Source: Lama guanicoe (taxonomy: Eukaryota). Taken from it: a DNA stretch of 64,000 bases. The position numbers were made by a program, and so were the translations under genes. Numbering within the stretch: position 1 is the first letter of the stretch; every line of letters starts with the position of its first letter. This document shows positions 47,535 through 60,829 of this stretch, piece after piece. The notes below the pieces were generated by a model, which saw only the letters and a list, made by a program, of their open reading frames with translations, was not told where the DNA came from and ran no database searches. Location: NCBI GenBank assembly GCA_013239625.1, contig MU054187.1:808001-872000 (forward strand), given 5' to 3'.

Positions 47535-49207
47535 AGAATTCATTGGGAAAGAAAACAGATGTATTGGAAAGGAGCTAAAACCAGGGATACTGGTGAAGAC
47601 ATCATAATACATCTTGATGCCTGAGGTGGATGTGCCAGGGCTGGTTCCCGCCCGGGTCCCCCATCTGCTAGGCAAGGGGGGTCATCCCGGTCCCCACCGT
47701 CTCGCTGTTGGGCAGGGCTGTGTGAATCGTTCTGGCCAGTGGTGATGAGAGCAGATGCTACACTTCCTCCTGGGCTGAGGCATTTAAGAGCCGGCACGGG
47801 ACCCCGCAGTCCAGCCGTGCACTCAGTGCCACACCGTGAAACTCTGCTGTGGGGAAAGTGCCTGGAGCCCTGGGGTCCTCTGGGAACCCCCAGCACCTCC
47901 ACGCATAATATCGAGTGTTCATGTAGAGTTACAGCCACCGGAACAAGGCAGAGTGACTGCAGATACAGACCTTGTGCCGCAAATGAGTTCTAACTCCATG
48001 TCCCAAACGATCGGGCTGCCTCCGAACAGGAAACTGAAACATTATTCATTATGACAAATTTAAATACTGCAGTTGCTTGGAGTATTAAATAGGCAGATTT
48101 TGCATGCAAAATTAAGAATGCATATTTTTTATTTTTCACGGCGCTTTGCCCTTGTTGCATTTCCTGCTCTTTAAATGTATAGCTCTGACAGCAGGAACGA
48201 AGACTGAATCCTAAAAATGGAGCTGTTCCCTGGCCGCAGCCCACACTAAGCATCTACAGCAGAGCGATCATTATGTGAGCATAGAAAATGCCGTCGCCTG
48301 ATGACACCAGCTGTCAGTCTCGGCCGTTTAATAAACATTTCCACATCATTCATTTTTAATTTGCTGAAAAAGTTTGACCCTCCACAGGCTCCCAAACCAT
48401 TAAATGTTTATGAAGTTACTGTCTCAAGATCTTTGCTCCTGTGATTTACTTCTATTTAGCCGAGAGACAGAGGGAGGGGAGGGGAGGGGAGGGGTCACAG
48501 TATCACTCAGATGCCAAGATCCATTTACACTGGTGTGTTCCAGATATTCTGCCTGCTTGAAAATCCTTTTCTGATGTCTCATGAAGTTAATACTGTTTAA
48601 AGCCTTTAGTAATTTGGGAGCATTTTAGGGAGTCATAGCTTCGAAGAGGGATTTTTGGATAAAAATAAAGACCAGATCTGTTTTCAGGGGCAGGAAGTAT
48701 TTCAGATGTGGATGAGATTCATTTGTTTCCTAAACGTGTGACTGGGGAGTTATGGAAGGGAGTCACCACGCCTGTCATCACTCACTTGGGTCCTCTGTCT
48801 TTCCTCCGCCTCATCTCACAAGTCACATTGGGTTATTCTCCAAGTAACAGCGAGGCTATTTTTAATTCACAGTGTCCGGCTACTCACAAGTTTATGATAA
48901 ATCGTGGGTTTAAGGCTTGGATTGCTCAGCCCAGAAAACAGGCAGAGCTCCTGTAAGGCTCTCCTATGTACGACGGTGGTTGAGCTGAACTTGGATTAGA
49001 ATATCTGACCCTCAGTCATGTGTAAGATAACACACTCCACCTCTCAAGGGAAGAATGAAGCTGGTGTCTTATAGAAACTTGTGACTATGATTCTTAACCA
49101 GAAAAAATAAAATGATATGTGGTAGGAAAACATATTTCGCAGTAGAGAATGCCTATTAAGTCTGTTTGAAATATGTGTGTGTGTGTGTATATATATATAA
49201 AGCGATC

Positions 49208-49630
49208 TATTTTTCTTTTCTTTCTGGTTTACTTCACTTAGAATGACGATCTCCAGGACCAAGAAAAATACCATATGATATCGCTTACATGTGGAATCTA
49301 AAAAAAAAAAAAAAGACACAGATGAACTTATTTACAAAACAGAAGCAGACTCACAGACACAGAAAACAAACTTATGGTTACCAGGAGGTAAAGGGGGTGG
49401 GAAGGGATAAACTGGGAGTTTGAGATTTGCAGATACTAACTACTAGATATAAAATAGATGAACAACGAATTTACACTGAATGGCGCAGGGAACTGTACAC
49501 AGTATCTCGTAGCAACCTTAATGAGAAAGAATAAGAGAAGGAATGTATGTATGTATATAATCGACTGGAACGTGCTGTGCACCAGAAACTGACACAACGC
49601 TGTGACCTGACTAGACCTCAGTGAAGAAGC
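49208..49630 (+). mobile_element. Short L1 with inverted 5' segment (49208-49257 minus, 49261-~49630 plus)
   Basis: The minus piece reads cctggagatcgtcattctaagtgaagtaaaccagaaagaaaagaaaaata; the plus piece resumes at aagaaaaataccatatgatatcg. Confidence 0.85.
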
Positions 49631-50319
49631 AAACTGAAAATGGAAGATGTCCAGGTTAGAGTCCGCATGACTCTCTGAGAAATTTGCCACTGAGTTAGGA
49701 TTTTAGAGGGAACAGAAGTTGGTGATGGAGCTCAGATTCGGTCTCTCATGGCTGCCAAAGTCCCAAACAGAATCTCCTGTTTTTCCTCAAGGTTTTCTCC
49801 CTGAAACACACAGTCATGCTACACAACGTCCCTCTTTCAGTCAGAGTTCAGTCTGGAGGTGGACGCTGCATGGTGGACATTTACCGAAGAGAGTTATTAA
49901 ATATGAGATCGAATGACGGGCATCGGCTGCTGCAGGCGAAGAGGTGGATCCAGGAGGCTGAGCCCCAGAGGAGGGCACATCTGAAGGAAGGACCCGGGGA
50001 ATGAGCTTCTGGCCTCGCTGGAGGAGGCAGAGCTGTGGCCCGCGGGACGGGGAGCCTCCTGTTTAGAAGAGTCTAAAATCACGAATCTAGACTTGAAGGT
50101 TCTGGGTTAGGTGTGCACGTAGTCTCAGTCCCAAGATCCGCGAGGCAGCAGTTTTACCAGGAGCTCTGCCAGCACCGAGAGTCTGCCACAGAGCCAGCGA
50201 GGGAGTCCTCAGCGCCAACGTGGCTTCCAGCCCGGTCAGTTCTCAGTGTCGATGTCAGTCTTGTGGCCCCAAAGACGACTGTCAGTTTGGCTAGACAGTT
50301 CTATTTCAGATGCAGATGA

Positions 50320-50720
50320 GAGAAATTCGTCTTCAGACTAGCTCACGAAGGGGAGATGACTGACTCATTCACTCAGGAAGTTCACGCTGTGCGTTTTCAG
50401 GAATAGATGGATTTCGGGTTTCCAGGGCTGAAATCAGGAGCTGGGTCTCTTCGGCTCTTCCCTACACGTTATTTGGCGCTGGATTCGTTCTCAGAAGCGC
50501 TGTCCTGAGAGACAAATGAGGGCCACTGATCCCATGGGCTTCTGCACCTTCTCAATCACATTTCTTTCATCATCCCACAGAAGCCCCCGGCATTTCCCTC
50601 AATTTCCCTCCCCAGGCTGAGTGGTGGACATCACAGCCACCCCGAGTCCAGCACTGCGGTCATCTGACCGGCCGGAGCTGGGTCATGTGTCCATCCCTGA
50701 GATCGCATGAAAACGAGCTT
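50320..50720 (-). mobile_element. MLT1J/K-like old MaLR LTR
   Basis: agaaattcgtcttcagactagctca...ttcaggaatagatggatt...ctggattcgttctcag...ctgaccggccggagctgggtcatgtgtccatccctga. Confidence 0.55.
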
Positions 50721-51014
50721 GTTTTCCTGTAAACTCAATGGAAATGATTTTCAGTGAGAAACACGTCTTCTCCTATCCAAAAATGAAGAAGAAAAACTGT
50801 ACGGTTGCTGAGCAGGACGGCTGCTGTCTCCACCGCTCTTCAAACGGCGCTGTGGTGAAGGGAGACGCACAGATCCCGAAGGCCTGCGCAAACAAGCGTG
50901 CTGGGAGGCGCCGCCGCCGTGGCGGGTCTTCCTTTGATTACTTGTAATTTTTTGATGTTGAGACAGAATGGCAGAGACAGGAAGCAGTAGAGAGAACTCT
51001 TGAAGAATAGTTCT

Positions 51015-51088
51015 TTATGTGTGACTGGGACACGATGCTGCACACCAGAAACTGACACATTGTAACTGACTGTACTTCAATGAAAAAA
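51015..51088 (+). mobile_element. L1 extreme 3' tip
   Basis: tgactgggacacgatgctgcacaccagaaactgacacattgtaactgactgtacttcaatgaaaaaa. Confidence 0.8.
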
Positions 51089-52239
51089 CATCACAGACAG
51101 AGAAAAACAGTTCTTGTCAGTTTGTGGCAGTTGTTTAAATTAATAGATGCACACAATATTTTATAGGGATAAGCCAGTCCATGCCATGTAGAGCAATAGC
51201 ATTTAGGGACACTGAGTCCTATGGGCAAAGAAAGTAGATGCTCACTCGTGAACCATGCATAAGTGAGAGCGCTTTCCGAAAGACGTTTCCGTGTGTGTGT
51301 GTACAAAGTGCTCACTCCTCAGAGACTGGGTCCCTGAAGAAAGCTTGCTCTTCAGGTGTTAATTTCCAAATCGCAAACAGTGAATGTTTATGAAAATCTG
51401 TCTATCCATTTAAAGTCATTTATTAAATTAGAAGGACTAAGGCTGCACACATTCTCCAGCAGAAGACTGACTCTGAGAAATGCTTACCACCTGAAACAGG
51501 TTGGCCCTCTCACAGTCCTGAAATAACACTTTTACCTAGTTTTAAATCTTTTCAAAGTTGTATTCAAGATAATTGAGCAGTTTTCAAAATTAAAGCTCTC
51601 TCTTTTCATATGCAATATACTGTCTTTCTATTCAGGATGGTTTATGGTGTCCACATTTTTAGCACCTTTTTCTCTCAAAGTTCTATTAGGATAAATGACT
51701 ACGTATAAAACGAAAATGTAATTTATTTCACCACTTTAAAACTAGGAGGAGTGTTACCAGCACAGCCGAGCAGGGAAGAATTAATGGACCCAATAAAACA
51801 GGTGGGAGAGAAAAGACATATAGATAAGTTCACATTTAGTAAAGTCTGGGAAGAATTATCAAGATACGAAGCAGAAGGACATGAAGGTGGGGAGAAGTCG
51901 GCTCCGCCTTGCCGGTCAGCTGAGAAAGGAGGCGGCAGGTTGGGAGGGAGCCCGTCCTGCGGCAGGACGAGGGAGAGAGGTGGCCTGGATTGTCCCCGAG
52001 GGCCGATGTGACTGTGGGCGCCCCTGTGGTGAAGCCAGTGAGGCAGGAGAGGCAGGGACGACCTCGTGAGTGACAGCTTTTATTGCAGCATTTCTTAATG
52101 ACGACCTACTCACCACTAACGTGGAGTTAGGGATCTGGAAGAGAAAGAACGCACTTCAGGAGCCCAGCGCTGAAGACAGTGACTGCGGCTGATGCTCGCT
52201 GGGCCGGGCCTATCCTGCAAGGTTTCCGGGCCTTGACTA

Positions 52240-52410
52240 TTTAATTTTCACAGTCACCCCAGGGGAGAAGTTACTCCTCTCCCTGTTCTTCACATGAGCA
52301 AACCAAGGTGCTGAGACTTGTGGAGGCTGCTCAGTGCTGCGAAGCCAGTAAGCGGCTGAGCCAAGACTGAAAGAGGAGCCTGGCTTTGTGTGAGATGCTC
52401 TCAACATACC
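52240..52410 (-). mobile_element. MIR
   Basis: tttaattttcacagtcacccc...ctgttcttcacatgagcaaaccaaggtgctgaga...cagtaagcggctgagccaagactgaaa. Confidence 0.6.
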
Positions 52411-52900
52411 ATTCTTGGAATTTTCCAAATACGATAAATGCTGGCTGTGATCATTTGAAGTGAAAAAGAAGTAAGAGGAAAACCAAATAGACAGTAAACA
52501 TCAAAATATTGTCACCATTACATAAGACTGTGTGGCCCAGAGTGACAGAGTTAGAGCGCATCTTGACGTCTGGTCCAGAGCCCAGACCACCCGAACACCC
52601 ACGTCTTAGCACCCGCTGCGTCTGACGGTGGTTTGTTGTGCTAAAAAGATGGAATCCAGAGCGTTTTAAGAGCTGGAGTGAAGTGCAGTCTAACAGGTCC
52701 ATTGGCTAAGGCGTCAGGCAGAATGTTTTACAAATTGGAACACTTGTTTCCAAGGCAGAGTTATTCTAAAGATAAATTAAAAGGATGGGGCTCTTCAGAC
52801 AGATCATGTAGGCCAGCGCGAACCAAGAGTTGGGATGATGAAAATATTTTTCTGATTTCAGAAACGTATGGAAAGAAATTAAGTGAAGCAAAAAGATGAC

Positions 52901-53292
52901 TGTATTAGTCATGTCTCTGTGGAGAAACAGACCAATAGAAGACGTAACTTAGGTTTAGGTTTAGGCTCAGGAATGGGCTCACGCGGCTATGGGGCTGGCA
53001 AGTTTGAAGTCCGCAGGTCAGGCCAGGAACTCAGCAGGCTTAACAGAGTGGCCCTGACACAGGGCTCCTCCTCTCCAGGAAAGCCTGGCGTTTGGATTCC
53101 ATGCCCTTCAACTGATTAGATGAGGCCCACCCTCCTTATAAAATAAAAGGATGACCTTTTATTTAATGTTAATTGATTGTAGGTGTTAACCCCATCTGCA
53201 ACATCCTTCCATGAGAACACCTAGATTAGTGTTTGATTAAATAACTGGGTACCACAGCTCGGCCAAGTTAGCACACAACGTTAACCATAACA
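52901..53292 (-). mobile_element. MLT2-family (ERVL) LTR
   Basis: tgtattagtc...agaaacagaccaatag...ggctggcaagtttgaagtccgcagg...ccttcaactgattagatgaggcccacc...gccaagttagcacacaacgttaaccataaca. Confidence 0.85.
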
Positions 53293-54129
53293 AGTTCTGA
53301 ATGTGTAATGACAGTCTACCATTCAGTGATTAAACTGTGGTGGGAGTACAATCAGGAATGGCTGTAATGGTCTAAACACCTCCAAAGAGGTGGCAGAGTA
53401 ACAGAAAACATGCCATGTACCAAGAATGAAATGAGAATTAATCCGAACCTTGGACAATGGATGGAGAGAAGGCTGAGAATGAATCAAGTCTTGCAGGGAG
53501 GCTGGGAACTAAGAGGAAATTGTGCACGGTCACGTAGAAGGAGATTTGATACTCAAGTGTTGGATTAATGTGATCCTCTCCTTGGTGAGAGAACAGCCCC
53601 TGGGATGTTTGGTGGCTCGGGAGTTTTACATCAGAAGCATTTTTATGCCATTTACTGGCTTCATAATTCACATTCACTGTATAAAAATAGCTGCAATAAT
53701 TTTGCACTTATGTACAAAACCGTAAGCTTGACAGTTCTGTGTAAGACTGAGAACATACAGGTACTTCTGGGGTAGAAAACAAAGAACAAAGGAGCCAGGG
53801 CTCCCCTTCTCGTTAGGATCACACCGCAGGACGAACTTCCGAATGACAGGCTATCCGGTGACTGTCGTTTCTCTGCAGATCTCAGTGGAAAGACTTTGGC
53901 ATTAGGCATTATGCAAAAATTGTCTATAAAATAAGAACAAAATTAAGCCCTCAAGAAATGAAGGAAGGAAGGACCTCAGAATCAAACTTGCTGGTTACCG
54001 ACTGATTTATGACTTACCACCTCGTGTCCCCCACAAATCCCTCCACAGCTCCGCCTGCAGCTCCGTCATCCGTGCACTTGGGACAGCAGTGCCCACGTCA
54101 CAGTGCGGCTGTGGAGGTGTAATGAGTCC

Positions 54130-54930
54130 ATCCCGGGAGCCCCCTCAGGGCCCCCGGCGCCCTCACGCTCCCTGAGGGCTAGTAAGTGCCGTTGGTCTGG
54201 AGCGGCCTTAGGAGGCTGCACTGATAAACCGCACGTCAGAACAAAGGCGAGGACGAGGAAACTTCCAGACCGCACCCCCCGCCCACCTCGGTGCCTCCTC
54301 CTGGAGTTTTCACACAGACGGGATCACACACTGTGTGGTCTCCGTCCTGGGCCTCCGCCACCAGCCGTAAGGTCTCCAGGATTCCTCATGATGTGCGGGC
54401 GTCAGTGTTCTATCTCTCGTCGTGTGGGCGTGTGACGTTTTACTCACCTGTCCGTCGTTTCATGAACATTTGCTTGGGCTGCCTCCCCTTTGGGGCTGCT
54501 GTGAGCCGTGCTGCTGCCAACACTCGTGAACAAGTCTGGGTGGGCGTGGGCGTTTGTTCTCTTGGGCGTATGCCCAGGAGCAGGATTGCTGGGTCGTACT
54601 GTAACTCTGCTTAATATTTGGGGGAACTAAAATTCCATTTCCCAGGGTGGCTGATCACTTCACAATCTCATAAGTGCGTTGCAATCATGCCACAGACGCA
54701 GCAAGGCTCGTCACTGCCTGTATATCTCTGTATGTGTTTTAAATGTTTCCCATCCCAGCTGCTGCAAAGCAGTATCTCATTTTTGTGTTGAAATACACTT
54801 TCCTCATGACTAAGAGGTTGAGCGTCTGGCCATCTCTCTATATCTTCTTTCAAGAAGGGTTTACTCAAAACCATCATCCAGTTTTATTCGTATTTTATCC
54901 TTTTATTGTTGAGTTGTAAGAGTTCTAAAA
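54130..54930 (-). mobile_element. Old L1MB/ME element, GC-shifted
   Basis: ttggggctgctgtgagccgtgctgctgccaacactcgtgaacaagtc...tatgcccaggagcaggattgctgggtcgta...ttattgttgagttgtaagagttct. Confidence 0.75.
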
Positions 54931-56719
54931 AAGTTGGTGTGTTACTATAATTTCCAGGGTTCTTTGCTGTTATGGAGGAGAGGATTATTGAGGTCTGACT
55001 AACCTCTTTCTCCTGCTGTCACTTTGTCTCTTCCTTTTGGATAATCTAAACCCTAGAAGAGATGTCCCAGTGACACCGACCAGGGTCAGTGGTGCAGCCC
55101 TGACCGGCAGTGCAGACTCGGTGCCTGTCACAGACATTTTTGATTGAACATGGATGGAGAATGAAGACATGAGTGCCTGCCCTGAGGCCCCCGGGGACCA
55201 TGGGGACACGAGGAGGGCCACCTCCGGAAATGCATCAATGCTGTTGGCCCAGCTTGGTCAGAAATGTCTGGAGACAAGGCTCCTGGAACTAATGTTTCAG
55301 TCAGAGTGTGAGTTGAAGATGAAGCAATAATAATCGAACACAGCAGCCAATGCCTGCCTTTGAAAACCCAGGGTCTCTTTTCCAGTGTGCAGTGGAATGA
55401 TCGCCACACGCTGGTCTTTTTGGTAAACACCCCCAGCCCAAGGTAGTTCAGTCAGTAGCGTTATTTCTCACACAGGAGGGATGACAACGGGTTATTGGAA
55501 CAAATTCTCAAAGCAGAAAGACAATGACTAGCATTAGATCATCTGGTTTCAACCTGGGTTATTTCGGTCATTTGCTGGTATCTTTCAGAGAGGAACAAAT
55601 TCCTTCTCTCTGCAACACGTTAAGTCAGCTCTCTGAGAGCTGAGAGCCTTTGGTCCAGGGTTGAGGAAAAATAACCACGGCTCATTTTTAGAACTCAATC
55701 TTAATTCGCTTCAAAAACCAGGAAAAATATTAAACCTTCTCCGGAAACAGATGATAAAGACTAGGCTTGTCTGTTTTCACAATAAAAGAGGAACTGGTTG
55801 CTCACGAACACAGAAATCGTTCTGAATATGCACACAGTTCCTGAGCTACGAGCGACTCGGGCAGGGCTGCGGCATTTATGGGGGAGAAAGATGCCATGCA
55901 AGTGGGCTTGGCAGTTCAGTCCAGGGCTGGTCAAGGGGCAACTGTGACGCAGTAAACTAGGAAATCTGAGGTCTGGGCTATTCGCTCTGCACCGACACGG
56001 AAGACCTTAAGTGAATCTGGAGCTCCCGAGAAGGGTCCGAAGCCAGACCAGCGACTCTGGAAGTTCCTCTCAGCCTTGCTGGAGTAATCCTGTTGCCACT
56101 CTGCCGTTCCACCAGCTTTGTTAGTGAACCTTGTATCTTCACCCTGTTTGATGTAATCTGCGTCTCACAGCTTTGCCAGCACATCACTGAGTGAAGTAGT
56201 TTTGTTTTCCTTCATGGAGCCACGTTAACTTGTCATAATAAATGATACTTTGTTTATATTATGAACCCATATGGTAATAAAAGCAATGCGTTGGATTATT
56301 TTTAGAACAATTTTGATCAAAATACTTCTTTTTCACTACGTTTCACAAGGGGCGTGGAGCTCGACGTGCTACATGCGTCCTCGCCTTCTTGCTAAAACTG
56401 CCATGTTATCATTTTACACACAGTCCTTCTCCTTGTCTCATATCCTGGGAAACAATATAATTATGGAAAATACTGTGTTTACTTGTGCATGACATTTCCC
56501 AAATGAGAGATAATTGTCAATTTCTGCCATGTATGGTTCCACTTCGCCTGAAATATTATCACATTTATTGAGTATTATGTGCACAGAGTTCAGGGTGTAT
56601 TAACATCCAGGCCACACACGTTTCTCTCACTCTAATTAATGACACAAACAATATAGCTATTTCAAAACATAAAATGTGAAAATAAATTATGATTTCACCA
56701 TCCTAAATATCATTTTAAA

Positions 56720-57090
56720 ATATTCTTACTAAAATATTTAACGAGTACCGAAAAGGGGCACAAAACATAAATGTACAATTTAATGAATTATCACCCAAGG
56801 AAAACAGCGCCCAACCCAAGAAATTGGATGGGACATCACCCACGAAGTTGTTGTCCCAGTCACCGTTGTCCCTCCTGAAAGTACCTGCTAGTATAACTCA
56901 TGAACCTCAGTACGAAATAGTTTTGAACCTTATATAAATGGGACCACGTAATGCAAGTAATTGCTCAATAGAGTATTTTTTGAGCTTTGTACACATTGCA
57001 TGTGTGGCTGAAGTTCACTCCTTTTCATTGGTGTATAGTATTCAATCATAGGATTTGACCACAATTTATTTAACCTTTGTTCAAGTGATT
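56720..57090 (-). mobile_element. L1ME-like 3' fragment
   Basis: cacaaaacataaatgtacaatttaatgaattatcac...ttttgaaccttatataaatggg...tttcattggtgtatagtattcaat. Confidence 0.65.
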
Positions 57091-57479
57091 GACAGACCAC
57101 TGCCACCCCATGACCATGTTTCTTACCATAGAAAAAAGAGACTTGATAACACTAACTCCCCTCAGGTCCCTGTGGTGACTTGTTTATGTGAAGTCATAAT
57201 GTAACAGATGAGTGATGAGTGCCACACACTCTCCATAGACTCTCTTCTTCGTAAGAAAACGTCCTGGTGTAATTTTGGCAGCTTGTAACCTTCCAAGAAT
57301 AATTCAAATCACATCGTAAATGCAACCGACCTCAATTCTTTAGAGTCTAAAAGAGATACGTGACGTCTTTTACGTCTCCACAATGACTCCACGGTGGTAA
57401 GAATGTGTGTGCCAGTGGATAATAGCAGCTGGGTGACTTGGGGGACGTCTCAGTTTTATTATTTATTTAACACTCCACA

Positions 57480-57625
57480 AAATCATTAGCATTCTTCATA
57501 GCATTAAATTTTAAGTATAAGGAAATTAAAGCACAAAGAAATTAAGCGACTTCTCAAAGCTCATCCGAGTCTGAAGGTTGCAGAGCAAATATTTGAGTCC
57601 ACTTGTGTCTGGTCCCAGAGACTCG
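57480..57625 (-). mobile_element. MIR
   Basis: ataaggaaattaaagcacaaagaaattaagcgacttctcaaagctcatcc...gcagagcaaatatttgagtcc. Confidence 0.6.
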
Positions 57626-59834
57626 CAGTAACTGATGAAATAATCTGGAATGACAGGTGCAGATTTAAAAGCAGTGTGGAGAGTATCCTGGCGAAAAGAA
57701 TGAAAAATCTGATCTTCAAAATAATAAGAGGAAACCTCTGTGATTTTAACAGACGGTTCATGAGTAAGAGTGGAAGATGAGAGGAACCCGCCCACCCCTG
57801 GGGGCTTAGAGCCCGTCAAAGGTGATTGACTGACTTACCCCTTTGAGAGAGAGAACATAAATAGGACGTTCACTACGCGTTTTTGGGAAAATCTGAAACC
57901 CGTGTTTCTGTCCTGCATGCATCTGAGGTCCTGGAACCTCAGGGTAAGACGAGGCGTTTGCCCGGACACCTGCAGTCAGACTTGCAAGCCGCCTGCCTGT
58001 CTCGGCAGCTGAAGGCTACCGTCCCCGCTAGGCTGCTGGCTGCTCTGCAGCAGCCGCATTTGTTTTTATTTTTGCACGTCCGCTCTAGAGTGACTTTTAC
58101 TCCTTCTAAAGACAACCTGTTTGAAAAGAATTGTAGCTCTAGTTAAAGGTGAGGAAATTGCTCCAGCAGGTTTATTTCCCGTTACTTTCCCGTCTGCTGC
58201 CTCCGGGTAGCCCCTCAACAAAGCCATCTGTCTGAAGGGTGCCACAGCCATCCTTCAGGACCTGAAGAGAGAGCTGTATTTTACCAGCACGGGGTGTGTG
58301 TGTGTGTGTGTGTCTGTGCGAGAGCAATTGGAGGCATCGCCCGTGAGTGAGATGATGGGGCGGCTCTGGTTCGGACAGACGCACGAGTGTCAGCCCTTCC
58401 CCGGGTGTCTGTTTTTATGTAAAACGCCTGGTTCTGACCTTGTCAGCGCTTGTCCTTAAACTCATTTAACTCTGCGTCGTCTTCTGTCCACGGAGTCACG
58501 CCGTACGTGACAGACGTGTGACCTACGGGGCTGGCAGTGAGCCCTGAGCCCTGCGGGGAGCCCAGCATCCAGGAGGGAGAAAGCGTCGGACGACCCGGAG
58601 CCGCAGGGCTGGGGCCTGCGCACACGTCCTGCTGAAATGCCACGCGCTCCGCCCCAGGCCGATGGGTGACAATGGCCTTAGCGACTAGTACTGCTTTAGT
58701 CGCCCGTGCGTTGCGAGGTCTAGTAGGTGAATTATCCTAGCCTTTTAGCATTTAACCTCTAACAGGTTTCAGGGTTTTATATGGAAGGAATTTGCTCTTC
58801 CTTCCAAACACAGCTCATCAGGTAGATCCATCCGTCATCGAGAGAGAGGTTCGTGTCGCCCCGTGGTTACAGAGCCCAGCTTCAGGGTCTCAGCCGTAAG
58901 CAGTAAATGCAGCCTTTTCACAGGGGTCTTTCTCCATCTTTATAGCCCCCTTTTCACTAAATGGAAGCTTTCTGAAATCCAATCAAACAGACAAATCTTT
59001 CTTCTTATAAATCGCTATTTCTGTCAGGGTCTCCGTGGATTCCAAGCTGATCAATTCACTAAAATGCTAAATATTTTATAAGCTAATCAAGCAATGTTTT
59101 TCAGCACCTACTATTTACAAGATACCGTGGCTGGCACTGGCAGGGACGTGGCGTTTAAGACGCGATGTCCACCTCCAAGCAGCCTGGCAGTCCCGCGAGG
59201 AAAGTAGAAGACATGCATGTGAGGAGGAGTGCCTGCCCCGTCCGCTCAGCGCCGCTGATAAATTACCGGTGTGTGAAGTCCAAGCGCCCTCCCCCTGAGC
59301 GTCCGCGTCTCTGCCGCGTGCGGCCAGCCACCCCGTCCCCTCTCGGCGTGATCGTCTAAAGTCGTCATTTCTACTTCCATTCTTTTCACGTCTAACGTGT
59401 CCAACACTCGCATGCTGAGTAGTTTTCCAATGAGAGCAATTGCATCGCAGACTTTCGGAGCTGAAAGTTGTCAGAACAGTCGCATTTCAAAACTGCTCCT
59501 GGAATCTTTGTGCGCACGGCAGCACGTAAAGCAGAATTCCCCTGGTGGAGGCAATTATTTTTGTTCGCTGAATTCGGCAGCTGAGGTGCTCTCCTCCTCC
59601 CTGTCGTTTCCCATTGTTCTCATGATTTTTCTGAAGCCCTGACACTGAGGCCCATCGTTACCTGTGCTCCGTTTACCTGTCGGTGTCTGATAGACTCCCC
59701 CAGACCGTCTGTCATCTCAGCCAACCAGCCGTCTTCATTATCCCTGCAAGACGCCATTCTCCTCTCACAGCCCTTGACCTTCTCCACGCTGTGTTTAAGC
59801 TACTGAAATCGCATCTGCTCGTCAGCAGAAAACA

Positions 59835-60668
59835 AAGGGAGGCTTGCGGTATATAGAAACACACTGGAATATTCTCCAGCCATGAGAAAGAAGGAAATCC
59901 TGCCATTTGCAACAACATGGATGTGTCACAGCTGGCAGGCGGCTAGATACGAGCAGAGAAAGGGGCACGCGGGCCAAATGGCAGGAATTGGGCAAAAGGG
60001 AGAGGGACGTGGGGCCAAATGCAGGAAACCCTGCATCGTACAGACAACAGGTGCCCCTGGGCAGAGAGAGAAAAGCAGGGACCTCTGGGCTGATACCTGG
60101 TCACACACTTTGGGGTGACACGTGTCCTGGAGGCCGACAAAGATGGTGGGGAAATGCAGGAAGCTCCAGTGTCGGAATGTAGCCTTTTGCTCGTTATGCC
60201 CTCATTTCAGTGAAATTAGCCTTGCAGATTAGGAGTACCCATTAGAAGACACCATGACTAAATAAGGACAAAAGCCCCTCCTCCCCTCGGGAAGGTGGGG
60301 CTGGGATGGAGATCAGGGACCACGACCCCAAGCCCTTCCCTCCCCAGTGGATATTCCGCCCACTCATTTTCACACCCTATGTAATCAACTTGCCGAAGAA
60401 ACTCGGGGCGGCCACTGCCCTGAGCCTGCCCTCTCTCCCCTTGAGCGTGTGCCATCCATCCCTTAATAAGTCCCCACTTTACTTTCTTAACCTCCACGTC
60501 TGGTCTCTGAATCCTTTCTGGACGGGACAAGAACCTAGCCACCAGCGCCAGACGGACCTTGAGGACATTATGCTAAGTGAGGTGAATCAGACAGAGGAAG
60601 ACGCGTATGGTGTGGTCTCACTTCTCTGTGGAACTGGAAAGAGTCAAACTGATAGAAACAGAGAGCAC
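59835..60668 (+). mobile_element. L1 fragment (59835-59923 and 60551-60668) split by an LTR
   Basis: ggaaatcctgccatttgcaacaacatggatg | gacggaccttgaggacattatgctaagtgag rejoin into a continuous L1 ORF2 end. Confidence 0.85.
59924..60550 (+). mobile_element. Solo LTR, ERV1-type (627 bp)
   Basis: TG...CA termini; 4-bp TSD gatg (59920-59923) / gacg (60551-60554); internal direct repeat gggccaaatg(g)caggaa; aataag near 60465. Confidence 0.85.
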
Positions 60669-60829
60669 CAAGGCATTTGTCCAAGTCAGAGCATCTCAGC
60701 CGTCGGCTCCTTGGGTTGCCCCGCCCCCTCTCCCTGCCCTCTCCTCCGGCCCTGCGTGCGTCCCCGCTCGATGGTGTCCCGTACGGTTCCTAAGCCGCCT
60801 CCGCTCCTCTCCGTTTGCTCTTCTCCCTC

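Noticed and set aside
52948..52971. (TTTAGG)n telomere-like run
   Set aside because: Only ~3 units, inside an MLT2 LTR, and not vertebrate TTAGGG.
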